This document shows, one piece after another, positions 1 through 14,156 of a stretch of DNA of 64,000 nt. How positions within the stretch are numbered: the stretch's first letter is position 1; each line of letters starts with the position of its first letter. The stretch spans positions 100,998,001 to 101,062,000 of the forward strand of contig OX597818.1 of the NCBI GenBank assembly GCA_951406725.2, written 5' to 3'. The translations under genes were made by a program, and so were the position numbers. Under the pieces are notes generated by a model. The model was given only the letters and a program-made list of their open reading frames with translations, was not told where the DNA came from and did no database searches. Origin of the DNA: Octopus vulgaris. Lineage: Eukaryota.

Positions 1-194
1 CTGGAACAAATTTACAATTAATGTGAGTCTTTTTAATTTTCTCTCACTGCATCGTTTCAACCATGTGCATATTTAGCTGGAGTTTTTGGGTAATTTGTCT
101 CAAGGTACGGGCACTGGAAACATGCTTCCGACAGGCTGTTTTCGCCCTAGCTCCTTTGATATAATTATATAACAATAATAGTAATAAATAAAGT

Positions 195-250
195 GATGAA
201 GATGACGACTATGACGATGATAATAACGATGATGTTGATGATGATGATGT

Positions 251-305
<55 letters not shown>

Positions 306-306
306 A
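195..306. repeat. (GAT)n microsatellite
   Basis: Direct reading; it produces the poly-His/Ile/Met ORFs. Confidence 0.95.
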
Positions 307-807
307 AAAGGCAAAAAAAATGTCTGTCCTAACAGTAGGGCAATAATAGCATTTCCTCCCGATAGAAGTAATAGACGAAAGTGACTCTCGGAGTCTAGCC
401 AACAATCAATCATCGCTCATGTCTTGTAACAAGTATGAGCGAACAACTTTTTGTCGAAATCAGATTTAACACCACGTGATTGATATGTTTGCGGTTGCGC
501 CAAGCATGAAGTTTACAAATGAAATCACTATTCACTGATAAAGGTGAAAATGATGTGTAATATTCTTGGTAATTTACCAGACGCTTTCAGATAATCTGTT
601 AAAAATCTCACCATAAGATTGAAAAGGTGATCGGAGAATGTGAAAACCAATTTTGAAGATTTATCTCGGTAATACTACAGAAATGAATAAATGGCAGAAT
701 AGGTTCATTTAATTTATGGCACGAATGAATACAGATATGTTAAGAGACTGATGAAATCAAAATATAAAAATAAGCTCCAATGTTTTACCTGACTATAAAT
801 AGATACG

Positions 808-886
<79 letters not shown>

Positions 887-960
887 ACATGCATACAAAA
901 TATCTACACACACATATATTTATAAGTACATATATATTTATTTATATATATATATATATA

Positions 961-1456
961 TAAGTAAAAGGGCAGGCAACATGTTGCTCTGCCGCATACC
1001 GAAAGAATTAGAAATAGCAGTCAGAGACTGTTTATTTCCATTTTCTACAAGTGGGGGCTCCATTACGACTATCCCGGTGGTGCGCATGGCAGAATTTTGG
1101 AGGGAAATTTTACGGAATCAATCGTCTACTTAGTTTTAGCCTATGCTCACTTTCCCCCCACAATTTGATGACGCCTGGTCGAAAGTGGAGGCTGGTGGCA
1201 TTTGATAAATCTAACGAAGATGGTGCTGAAGAAAGACATAAGGTAATTTCTCGCCTACGATCTAGAAACATGTTCACCATTAACGGTAAGGCATTGTTTT
1301 CATTTATTTACTCCTCCTATTTTGCGTATGTGTATTGCAGGGTTATGTCGTATATGGAGCCCCCACTTGTAGAAAATGGAAATAAACAGTCTCTGACTGC
1401 TATTTCTTATTCTTTCGGTATGCGGCAGAGCAACCTGTTGCCCGCCCTTTTACTTA
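961..1456 (+). mobile_element. Non-autonomous ~500-bp element with ~110-bp terminal inverted repeats and a central hammerhead motif, inserted in (TA)n
   Basis: 961-1069 (taagtaaaagggcaggcaac...gggggctccattacgac) is the near-exact reverse complement of 1347-1456. TA-rich sequence lies on both sides and there is no coding similarity. Confidence 0.85.
1220..1280 (+). ncRNA. Type I hammerhead ribozyme motif (stem II partly degenerate)
   Basis: ATGGTG-CTGAAGA-[stem II]-GAAA-CATG-TT-CACCAT: 6-bp stem I, CUGANGA core, palindromic stem III, GUU site. Confidence 0.75.
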
Positions 1457-1579
1457 TATACTATATATACTGAACTCCACAGAAGTTCCCGGCGCTAAAG
1501 GTCATATTTACATACCGAAATCTACCGGTAAATATTTGTTGGTTGTCTGAAAAACCATCGAAAAAATTATTTACCCTTT

Positions 1580-1686
<107 letters not shown>

Positions 1687-1740
1687 TATGTATATGTATA
1701 TGTATATAAACATATATGTATACATACATATATGTATATA

Positions 1741-1990
1741 GTCGTAGGAGTAGCTGAGTGGTAAGTAGGTTCAGTCCCACTGTGTGACACTTGGGCACGT
1801 GTCTGTGTTTGTACACGCACCATCACTTTACAATCGATGTTGGTGTGTTTACGTCCCCGTATTTTAGCAAAAGTGTAAGATAGAATAAGTACTAGGCTTA
1901 CAAAGAATAAATCTCGGGGTCGATTAGTTCGAATGAATGCGGTGATCCAGCATCGCCGCAGTAAAATAACTGAAAGGAATAAAATGATAA
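1741..1990 (+). mobile_element. tRNA-derived SINE, family A (internally deleted)
   Basis: Head gtaggagtagctgagtggtaag...ggttcagtcccactg. Tail gatagaataagtactaggcttacaaagaataa is shared with the copy at 52885-53290. Confidence 0.7.
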
Positions 1991-2728
1991 AAGGATCTAG
2001 ATATGCACATGTATATGTACATATTTCGTCCATTCAATTAAGAATCGCCTTAATACGCATTATTACATAAATGCATAAATACATTAACTCGGAATGTTAA
2101 GTAGAGATTCACGGCGCTGGAAACACTCACATACGAACATACCGACTCACATGCAAAAGATATTCTAACGTTCGAATATATAAAAAATGATTTTGTCAAT
2201 TCTGGTAATCATTTTTTCTTTTGTTTTAACGAAAATAGCATTCATATATTTTTAGTATGATCATACCCGAGTGGACCTTCTGCGAATAGAAAGATTTTGA
2301 TATTTGGAATAATCCGATATATTGAATCGTAGGTTATTTTACATCAATACCATTTGATTATCTAAACATATTTTATGGAACATGGTAGTATGTAAGGACA
2401 AGTTGTATATTGAAGTAATTGACTACGAATTCTTAGCTATTGCCTTATGTATTTGGGGTTGTTTTGCAATTGCAAAAGTAATCATGTGGATGAATGCAAT
2501 TATATTAACTTGTGCATAAGTGAATGGATATGAATAGCAGTAATGTTGGATGTATTCTTTTAAGTTTGAAATTGGAATCACACTGAGATCGTATTTGCAT
2601 TCCATAACACAAGGATTGTGGAAGTGGCTTCATTCAAACTAAAGTGTGGTTGTACAAAATAACCCATTCACCCAACACTCACTTACACAAACACACTTAC
2701 GCACACACGCAGACAAGCAAACACGTGC

Positions 2729-2856
<128 letters not shown>

Positions 2857-4025
2857 TGTTAATTTGGTAAATGTCGATGGTCGTCAGCTGATCAGCTGTT
2901 GATTAAGCCATTCAATATTTTCTCTTTTGCTAAAATGTGCTTTAACTATTAATAGGTAACGTAACCACTATTCACACAATAATATATAAATATAATATTG
3001 CATAGTTTTCTTTTGTTAAAGTGATGTCGTCACAGGTTCCATAATAAATGGATGTCCAATTATATTGCAGGAAAAGAAGGAAACATTATCATACATTATG
3101 CACGCCAATATTATTCGAGGAAAAGTGTAAGAAAAACATTTCTTTTCTCGTACACATGTTAGTTATGATAATCTCAGGAGAGATTTTTTATGTTAATGTG
3201 AATTCGGAATGTCACAAAGAGTGAAGATACTCAGATGATGAGTATCCAAGTATAAATACAAAAACGAAGCCTGGGAGATAATTTCATACAGTTCCTCTTC
3301 TTGAATCTCTTGTTACACCTATTTTAGACCCTCTTTACTTTGTAGTATTCTCATTGGCAGCTTTTTGATAGTTTATGAATGCCACTTGTACTTCACTAAG
3401 TGCGTTTTCTACCCTATATATATATATATATATATATGTCCTTTTACCTTTTATTCTTCGATACGTTTCAGGCGTTAGGCTGCGGTCTAGCTGGAGCACC
3501 GCTTGTGCAATCACCATTCCTATCGCCAATCTTAAGTGTTTGACTTTTCATGATGGAAGCAGTTGGACATTTTGCCCTCTTTTGAGATACCTGACTTGAT
3601 ATACGTTAATGTAATATTTTAGATACCAGGAGATTGATTTTTCTCAAAATCTACCATAGTTGGGGGCTGGTATATCTCTCGATTCCGAAGTTTGTTTCGA
3701 GATCCTAGAGTATCTTCACAGACACACAAACACACACACACACACACGCATATACACACATACACACACACATATCTTCAGTTGTCAAGGTGTTTCTCCT
3801 GGATGAAAAAATATCATTGAGATGTAGGCAAAAATACCCCAACCGAGAAAGAAAATACTGCATTGGTGTAGAATGTTTTACATCGATATACCTATTTTAT
3901 TTCCAACACCCTTCTAATAAGTCTACGATGAAAATAGTCTAGGTTGTAGTTCAATTTGCGATAGACAAACAATCATTTTATCAACACATTTATCAATAAT
4001 CATTTACTGAAATCTTTGTTTCGTA

Positions 4026-4130
<105 letters not shown>

Positions 4131-4676
4131 GTTATTATTATTATTATTATTATCATTATTATGCCTTCTTCTTTTCTTCTTCTTCTTCTGATTATCGTTA
4201 TTATTATTATTAATATTATTATTATTATTATTTAGTTTTTTTTTTTGTTCTTTTTAGTCTAAGAGATTCAGCGTCTGATAAATGATTTGTCTGAAGCGTA
4301 TATGTCAATAAATATTAAAATAACTTTTAAATGATTTTGCTGAGATATTTCAAAAAATAACATTTCCATAGATTCTCAATGTTTCCAACAGAAACTTGCT
4401 ATACCGTTGCAGTTATGCATTTCTGAAGAATAAACCATGCGTTATATACACTGAAGGATCGAGAGCGGATAATCGTAAACACAATTTTAAGTAAAGAGAA
4501 ATACATTTTTTATGAAAATAAAAACATACCAATAATTTTAATAGCAACCTAATGTATAATTATTAATTTATCATATGCAAAATTATATTTCTCATTAGCA
4601 AGCTAGGTGAAATGATGACCGGCATTTCGTCCGTCTCTGCTTTCTGAGTTCGAATTCCGCCGTTGCTTTTAATGTG

Positions 4677-4927
4677 CAGGCGTGTGTGTGTTAAGAGGCT
4701 TGCTAGGCGTAGGCCTGGCTCTATGTTAAATGGCATGGTTCCCAACCACATCGTTCAGGGCACCTTCGGCAAGTGTCTTCTACTATAGCCCCGCGTCGCC
4801 CAAAGCCGTGTGAGTGGATTTGGCAGACAGAAATTCAAAGAAGCCCGTCCTATATCACACCATCATCGGTTGTCAATCGATGGTGGTATGACAAACACGG
4901 ACACACAAATACATACATATATAATTA

Positions 4928-4997
<70 letters not shown>

Positions 4998-5250
4998 CAT
5001 ATAGACCTATATATATATATATATATATGATTATATATGTATGTATTTGTGTGTCTGTGTTTGTCCTCCCACCATCGATTGACAACTGATGTTGGTGTAA
5101 TTAGGTTTTGTAACTCGGCAGTTCGCCAAAAAGACCGACAGTGTAAGTTCTAGCCTTAAAAAGAAAAACCCTTGGGTCTATTTGTTCGACGGAATGTTGT
5201 GCTCCAGCATGACCGCAGTCAAATGTCTGAAAGAAGTAAAAGAATGAAAA
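4677..5250 (+). mobile_element. tRNA-derived SINE, family A, with internal microsatellite and inverted duplication
   Basis: caagtgtcttctactatagcc...tgagtggatttggcagacagaaattcaaagaagcccgtc matches 27793-27950; family tail at 5090-5250. Confidence 0.75.
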
Positions 5251-6006
5251 AAATCAGAGAAATATGCGTCACAAACTTTAGTTGATTAGATAACTATATT
5301 TATCATACTTAATGTAAATAAATCTTTGGAATATAATATTATTGCTTTATTCGTCTGGCGATATTATCGCTTATGGATGGAAGAAATTTGCATATGTCTT
5401 CATCATCTACTGTTGGCACGAATATCGTGTACGTCCGATATATATTATGCATTTGATTTCTAATCACGGCATATCTATATTATATTTTATCTTCAGAAGG
5501 GTACTGTAATGCCTTTGAAGTTGTATTTACAGAAAACAGGATATATAAATGTAACATATATCTTTAATATATACACTGTATATACATGATGCATACAACT
5601 TAATTCTTCATCTCTTGTTTCTGTCTTTGGACTGCGAACATGTTGTTTTAACAATTTTATTTCCACGAATTGTACTAAGTGGCATTCATAAACACTTCGA
5701 TGTTCTATACAATCAAAGATAACCAGACACACACAAAAACACACACACAAATGCAAATATAGGCAGAGTATGATACTGCCAGTAGACACTGCAAATTTAC
5801 AATGTTTTTTGTGGTAAGTTGTTCTGTACGTCCCGATGAAACTGTACAAAGCCGAACTATAGGATTCATACATCACCGATTTTAACATAATTTTATGTCT
5901 GGAGGAATTTTTGATTTTGTTCTATGAATGCAAGAAGTTTTTGAAATACTGTTGTGTCTCTATGTATTACAGGTATGTCATATAATATCATATCATATCT
6001 TATATT

Positions 6007-6086
<80 letters not shown>

Positions 6087-9000
6087 CATATACATAGTGC
6101 TTCAACTTTTTATTTTAAATAATTTAAATTTTGAATTTTATTTTTTATATATTTTGTATATTATATTAATTAACTTTATTTCTATGTTTCGGTTTATGTT
6201 TTTCACTGTTTGATTTGCCAAATAGTGGTTTTATCTCTAATTTAATATATATATGTATATATTTAATCCTAAATCTAACTTGTCCCTGTAAGTTTGGATT
6301 TACTCCCTAATATTATTATTATTATATATATACACAAATATACAGGCAAACACCCCCCTTGTGTGTTTGAATTCAATTAATCTACCCAAAATGTTATTAA
6401 TTTATAGAACTTAGTTTTAGAGGTATTTCTAAGACCACAGAAAACTATTGTTTGCAATACCTTCTGTTTGTAATTTGATAAATATGATTTTATTTGCACT
6501 GAATAAAGATAGATATATTTACGTTGTTTTACTTTAAGCTTTTAATCTTCACCTAACTACAAGATATGAACAGTCTGTATATTTTAGATTCTGCAATTAA
6601 TGGCTTTGGTATTCCATGTCATGAATATGATGTATCTAGTGCAAATGTGAAAGTCTTGTATTTCTTCTTAATTAAAAATAGCGTTTTCCTGCAAAATCAA
6701 TAATAAAACATTAATAATTCTAATTTTGATAAATGTTCATTAAAGCTGTGATACTCTCGGTTTAACGTCAACGCTTCATTGCAGGAATTATCACGTCTTA
6801 ATCAATCAAAACACCGGTCAAACACACACATTCTATTTGATGACATCTAGTCTACAATTTCAACTCTATTAAATGTTTTGCCGTTTAGTGTTTTTGAAAT
6901 CATTTTATACTACATTGGTTGATTATGCAGTATTGTTATCGTTCAAGTCGTGTTTGTTAGAAGCATTAGGTCTTACTTGCGATATAGAAATTATTTTTTA
7001 CTTGCAGATAATGCTGTTGTATACGGTTAAGAGTGTTAAGATTTTAACTAAATTTGGTTGCATTTTCTAACAATTCGATCGATTACAACCAGATACAAAT
7101 AATCCGTAACATAACTGAAATTATTAAATTACTTATAATAGGAAACGATTTGAACACTTTAACAATAATATTCTTAAACAATAGGAGACATTCTGTAAGG
7201 ATATCACAAAACTCTTTTGTAAGAAAATTATAAACATTACACAGTAGCGATGACCGATTCACGAGTACAAAATTCACGAAGGGACGTGACATTTCTTATA
7301 CCTAGAGGACTACAAAACATCCTGTACGAGCAGGAAGCTTCAATCTTATAAATAAGAAAGGGCAGGTATTTTAACTGCATCAACCGCTCTAAGGTGGGTA
7401 CGTGTTTCAATTTCTGTGCGAGATACTGTCTTCAATTGCTTTATAAGATTTTTAATCACAGTTACATCTGTAAGTTAAAGTTTCGTAACGCATTCTGTTA
7501 TTAAATTGTTCATTGTTTTACAAGTACTCTATTGAAGAAACATATATGCAGAATGCTTATGAAACGAAAACATATGAACAATTAAAGTAAACATATCTAT
7601 ATTTTTATCTTTTTCATAAATCTCTTAAATACTAATAAAGAAGTATATATTATAAAGACTTAGTTGAATGGTAACTTAGAATGAAACTTAATTTATGCGC
7701 TAAACTGCAGTTCTAAATGTTTTAGCAAACGTCACCGGCGTCAAAATCCAAAGAAAATGATTTAAACACATCTTGTAGTGTGAACCATTTTCCTTCAAAC
7801 CTTTTAATGGCTATTAATATTATTAAGCATTTTTTCTAAAGAAAAATATGTTATTTACATTTAGGTGACCTCTTTCGATTTCGGCCATATTTTTGAAGAA
7901 AATAGAAAAGGAATTGAATTATTAATAAAGCATATTCAATGGATCATATATTTTGTCCTCCCGACTCATATTTTTAATCACAAGATAACTACTAGTCTCT
8001 GAAAATTCTCAAGAATGTCGGCGTCAGAATATTGAACATCACGAAGAAAATAAAAGTGACAAACTTTTCTCAGTTGTGTTATTTAATATCTACACACGTG
8101 CCATATATGCTTGGATTACATTTCTATGCGTTTCCTTTTGCGACTCCTTTTGCGTTATTTTTAGATTCATTGAAGTAGCTTCTTTATTACACGTTAAAAT
8201 GTAGTGTTTTAAACCGATAAAGTCATTTTACACTAGCTATTTGATATTCTCCAGTGGTTTGCATAACGATTGTCACTTTTACGAAATACCAATATTTGAA
8301 CGTGTTTCAATTTTACCCTTAAGGCAAATGTAGATACTCCCAACTTATTTTATTGTTATTATATCATGAATTATGCATGATTAATAACTTAGCATTTCTT
8401 CATGAATAAAGCAAATATTTTTAATCAATTACAAAATAGTTGCAAGTTATTATAGTTTTTTTTCAATTATTATATAATAACAATACAATTTCAATGTAGC
8501 AACGTATAAGAGTATACCGCGTACATATTATATAACAGGGGATGGCAAATATTACAAAACAGAGCAAGGCATGCCAAGGATATTCTGAAAAAATGCCTTT
8601 TGAAATCTGGAAATATATGTTCATAAATTATCTTTACAACTCTCAAAATTGATTGTACTCTATCATCTAGCGGTATTCCTTGCAGCTCATGGACACACAT
8701 GGAAGTGTTCTGAAGTGTTTAAAAAATTATCTATTTGCGAGGAAACTCTGCCGAGTTCTCCTTACTTTGCATTGTTTTTTGAAGATTTTAAATCGTTAAG
8801 ATTATTTATGGACTAACAGTATTTTCCCGAGTTTTCTCGAGAATTGTCATATTCTTTTGATTACCATGGTTTGTTATCACATTCCACCCAGTAACTATTA
8901 CACATACCTATAAGTCCCCTCTAAAAAGTAGCTGCATAAAACTGGATGTATCAATCTGTTTAAAACATACGTTCATAGATATATCTGCTAAACCATCATG

Positions 9001-11964
9001 CACACACAATTTTATGTCTCTTAAGTTTTCATAAACAAGTTTTCACAAAGTTTAGCTGCAGAAAATCATGAAACAGATAACTCGCTACTTTCAATATTCA
9101 AACGCTGGGTGATTATTTACAACAAAACACATTCTGGAATATTCTGGAATGCATTCTACGGATCCAGTATGCAGCAGCATTCTATCCATTTTACCCTTAA
9201 TCTTCCTAGTTATCATCGATAGAATAATATTTACAACTATATTAGATTAGCTCAGCAGATTCCTATGGGTGTTGTTCTCCTATTTGGAGTAGTTGGAATA
9301 GATTTAGGCGCCTTGTTGCTGCTCTACTGAAAGGAGATTATTCAAATGATAAACTAATAGACTGAACATTTATGCAAAACATATGTCATAAAACTGATAT
9401 ACCTAAAAAGCAAGCCATTTGTAGAATCTCCAAAAGCTGTTATCATAGCACAGAAAATATTGAAAATTTAAGCTATATAAAATTCTTTATATACATAGAA
9501 AATCCTCATGAAAAACCTAGATGAGGCGAAATGACTGCCACATAAGCATCACTTTAGCAAGTGGATTCTCACAAGTATTAAATCGATCTGAATTTTAGGA
9601 TAATACAATCTAACATTAATTGCTAGCTAAGCAAACAAGTAGCTACGCAAGGTTTAGAACGTAGGATGCTGGCACGTGGTAAAAATTGAGCAGGATTATG
9701 ATCAACGCTTTTGTCAATGATTGTTCAGAAAGATATACTGATTCTCCTAGAACAATCAACTATGAAATCTATCACTGTACTTCAGAACCGATTGCAAAAG
9801 TTGCATGTTCCTTAAAATAATACAGCAAATTTTCAGATGGGGTGACAACGTACATATATGTACGCAGATAGCATTATAAATGTAGCATAAATTTGGAAAC
9901 TACCGGTAAAATGTAAGCATTGATGGACAAGGAACACATGGTATAAAACACTGAAATTCGTGATGAATAGTTTATATTACATGCATAGAGTTAAATATTA
10001 CAGATATGATAAAAAGAAATAAGTTTCAAATAGAGGAAACGAATACTAAAAAAAAAAAATCCCTCTCAACGATTTTCGCAATATGCCTGAGATCTACCAT
10101 AATATAAACTAAGTGGATACTTGGGGAAATTTTTGTAAGTAATATAATAAAATACTTCCCGAAATATGATTATACCCACCAGCGTATCAATCTGAAGAAG
10201 ATTATGTCTAGAATAAAATGTATGTTGCATGAAACCCACATTCAAATACAGATGTACTGTGCATACACAAGCTCGTTGAAAGATAACAGAGATAAACAAA
10301 ATAAAACTAAAATAGATACTGTGGATTGTGTAGCTATCAGAGGAGTAAAAATTGAAACAAATAGAACAGGAATTACGATTAATTTATGAATGCATGTATA
10401 CATTATTTCACATAATGAGTACATGATCTCTACATAGACCAGATATGTGAGCATTTCAATCACGAGCGGCGCGCATACACACCAACAGGCAACTACAAGC
10501 CTACGTTCGTGTGTGTGTATATGAATATATCTGCAGGAGTGTGATTGCATTTTATGTTAATACATTTTATTACGTGTACTAAGAACTAAAAAACAAATTT
10601 CTAATATTTATTTAAATTTTCTTTTATCATTATTTGTAATCACATCGGTAATATACATAACAGCACGGTTAAATCGACAAAATATGTTTTGAGTATGACA
10701 CTGACATATAATTCACTTTCGTTAGTTTATAATATGAGGTCATAGTTCAAAGAGAAAGTGATCTTGATAAGACAGACAGCAACGATGAAATTACGCGCTT
10801 TTACTTTCCAGCACACTTCATTTCTCTTTATAAATTTTTTTTTTTTTAATTCGGAGTCTATTTTGGAAAATTGTATGCCAGTTGTACCATGTGGAATAAA
10901 AAATATTGTTCCAAATTATCATTACACAATTCTAATGTGGTGAATTTCAGTGAAGTAGAAGCATGAAATGTAGTCGCATATGACGGAATATCTGATTGTA
11001 AATAATAAAATAAAAAGCTAACATTCAGAGTAATCATATAATGTGTAAGGTATCACAAATAAATAAATTTCTCTGTATTACATATCCAAGCGTGTTATGC
11101 ACATTACAATGTAGCATTCAGCTTTGATAATCTATCTTGTGTAATGGCCGTGCATATGCCATCACCAAACTCCGAAATATTGAAGTGAACAATATCGAAG
11201 ATTTGAGACAAATCCACATAGCTTTCCTCAAGAAAAGAATCAGTTTTAGTAAAGCGTAACCATAGTTTCCAGAACGTACAAGTTTGATTGTAGATGCCAT
11301 GATTCGAATTTAAACTGATGACAATAACTCTGTTATACCTGTATTTTTTAAAATGTATGACAACAGACATGGCAATTATTGTTATATGCAGTTCCAATAT
11401 GAAGTCCAATGATACATAGCTGAAAGGGACAGAATCGGTATACATTAATTCCAATGACAAAAATTGATATTTGGAGAGACACAGTCTTTGATTGCAAGTG
11501 AATTTAGGGGCATATGGACATATAATCATTTGAATGAAGCACATCAACATTTACGAACGTCAAGAATACATTTATTTAATACAGCCCACCGAAAATCCTG
11601 ATGGTAAAAATTATAAGTATTTTCATCTTAGACAAAAATTGCATTAGCATTCATATATAATACTGAGTAAGACATTGACTGTGCTCCCACACATCTTATC
11701 GCTCTCGGATTATCGTACGAAATCCTTTCATTGCATTATTCTAAAGTAATGTTTGTAACTACAAGAGATCATTCCCTGTTTAGTTTGGATGAAGTGAGAG
11801 TGTTACATTTAACCCATTTCATCACACGCTTAAATAGCTGTCATGTTGGATTATCTCGCATGTCAATCATTCTTAATAACTCGAAGCCATTATTTCTAAA
11901 TTTTTATCTGGCAAGTAACTATAAATTATTACAAGTATATTCAACTATAGCCATGTAGTTTATC

Positions 11965-12192
<228 letters not shown>

Positions 12193-12279
12193 AAGGGTGG
12201 AAAGGAACACACGAGTTGATATATATGAAAAAACAAGTCAAAAATAGAAAATGCTAAGATGATTTTATAGTGAATCTTT

Positions 12280-12317
12280 CAGTACCGGTTTCGGTCATTT
12301 TGAGACCTTTTCAACTG
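12280..12317 (-). ncRNA. Minimal type I hammerhead ribozyme, U3-A8 core variant
   Basis: Minus strand: CAG-TTGAAAA-GGTC tcaaaat GACC-GAAA-CCGG-TA-CTG. All three stems pair. Same strand as the PLE ORF, about 615 nt downstream. Confidence 0.8.
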
Positions 12318-12634
12318 TAACGATTAAATAATTAAAGTTAGAAAAATTATTTCTGTAGTAGTGTTCAGATATAAGTAGAATTCTGCCTTTTTCTGACTCC
12401 CTTGTTTGCACTTGTGTGTTCGAGGTCGTTTTGAGTTCTTGGTAGGATAGGTGAAGAATAATGAGGCTGATGTGGAGAGGGGGTGGGGAAATCTGGGAAT
12501 GCCTTAATGGTCGTATTTTGAATGGTCAGTGGCTGACAGTAGTCGCAGTTCAATTCAGGAATTGTTTATGGAATTTGCGTAGGCGTTATACTGAAAGACA
12601 TTAGTGACAAGGTTAAGGGGTGGAAGGTGGAGAA

Positions 12635-12805
12635 GTAGAAGAAGAAGAAGATGACGATGTTGATGATGATGATGATGAAGAAGAAGAAGAAGAAGAAGAA
12701 GAAGGGGAAGGAGAAGATGGTGGTGATGATGGTGGTGATGATGATGACGACGATGATGATGATAATGATGATGATGAAGAAGAAGAGGAAGAAGAAGAAG
12801 AAGAA
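12635..12805. repeat. Compound (GAA)n/(GAT)n repeat inside the PLE 3' UTR
   Basis: Direct reading. Confidence 0.9.
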
Positions 12806-12931
12806 AAAAACAGAGAAGGGAGAATATGAATGGGTGTAAGTATAGCTGTGATGGGGCTGATTAGTAATGGATTCTATGGAGTGTAATATTTGTGTGTGTA
12901 TATATTTCTTTTATTCTAAAGTTGAGGTATA

Positions 12932-14101
12932 TTAATTGTTTGTCGTAGACCCATTAAGAAGTGGCTTGTATTTTGTAATAAAGAGATTTTCTTTACTTAT
13001 TCGTTGTCTCGAGGTTGTATCGTCCCTAAATTGGTAGAGGGGGAAAATTCTGAAGTTTGGTGTTTTTTTGTTGGCGCAAGTATCTATGTGTTGGCTAAAA
13101 GCTATTTTTCTGTTTTGGGGAATTTTTATCTGGGATCTGTGCAGGGCCATTCGTTTACGCAAACCAATTTTTGTTTGGCCTATGTACTGCTCTTGACACC
13201 CGGAGCAGGTTAGTGAGTATATTAGGTTCTCCGAAGCACATGTGAAGTTGCTTTTCACTGTAAACCGTTGTCCCTGTTTGAAGGAGAACTCTGATCCCTC
13301 AATTAGATAATCGCATATCCCGCAATTGGGCCTTCCACATTTTTTTACTGTCGGCTTCTGTGTTGAAGAGTGAATTCGGGCTTGTGTAAGGAGACTTTTC
13401 ATGGATCTAGGCTGTCTTTTGCTTTTTATGATCGTGTGTGTTTGGAGGATTGTGTTCATTCTGTGGTCTTTTTTTAGGAGGGGTATGTTGTGGAGGATGG
13501 TGTCGAAGGCTTCGTTATTGAGAGGGTTGTGTGTGGAGATGTATGGTAAGGCTTTTGGTTGTAAGTTTTTCTTTGATTTGGGATGTCTCAGTTCCTTGAT
13601 GTTAAGTTGAAGGGCACGTTGAATGCACTTGTCAATAAGTGAAGGTGGATAGTTCCTGGTGATAAGGGTCTCTTTTAGTTCTTGTAGTCGTGTGTCTCTG
13701 GTGTTTGCGTTAGAGACTATAGTGCATATCCTTTTTGCTAGATTGAAGGGGATATTCATCCTGGTGTGTCTGGGGTGGCATGAATTGAATGGAAGATATT
13801 GCTTAGAGTCTGTAGGCTTATAGTATATGTCTGTTTCTATTATATTATTAGCTTTCTTAATGAGGATATCGAGGAAGGGGAGTTGTTGTTGGCTATATTC
13901 CATCGTGAATTGGATGTTTACGTCCAGTCCGTTTAAAATTTTCTGGAATTCTATGAGTTTTTCTATATTTTTATGCCAAAGGATGAAACAGTAATCTAGA
14001 TATCTCTTCCAGTTGTTTTCTATGTAGATGGAGAAAGGGCTGCCATATCTTTCTAGAACCTTACGATACAGACTGATCTCTAGGTATCCTATGACTAGGT
14101 T

Positions 14102-14107
<6 letters not shown>
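12932..14107 (-). CDS. PLE polyprotein fragment: RT motifs B'/C, thumb, Cys finger, GIY-YIG endonuclease
   Basis: The frame stays open upstream of the listed 323-aa ORF: YANLVIGYLE...WKRYLDYCFILW...IQFTMEYS..LPFLDI..DIYYKPTD..SCHP. It continues with CGRPNCGIC, NLIYSLTCSGCQEQYIGQT, LRKRMALH and ENLFITKYKPLLN. Confidence 0.88.

Positions 14108-14149
<42 letters not shown>

Positions 14150-14156
<7 letters not shown>

Noticed and set aside
3680-3725. Minus-strand GTGAAGA...GAAAC resembling a hammerhead
   Set aside because: The core is incomplete and stems I and III do not pair convincingly.
9180-9800. Possible ancient LINE remnant
   Set aside because: I could not read any diagnostic motif.
11104-11550. 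148-aa minus-strand ORF as a host exon or RT remnant (VDLSQIFDIV)
   Set aside because: A single weak motif, with no recognisable domain or splice context.
12620-12829. Acidic D/E-rich ORF resembling a nucleolar protein tail
   Set aside because: It is a GAA/GAT microsatellite within the PLE 3' UTR.
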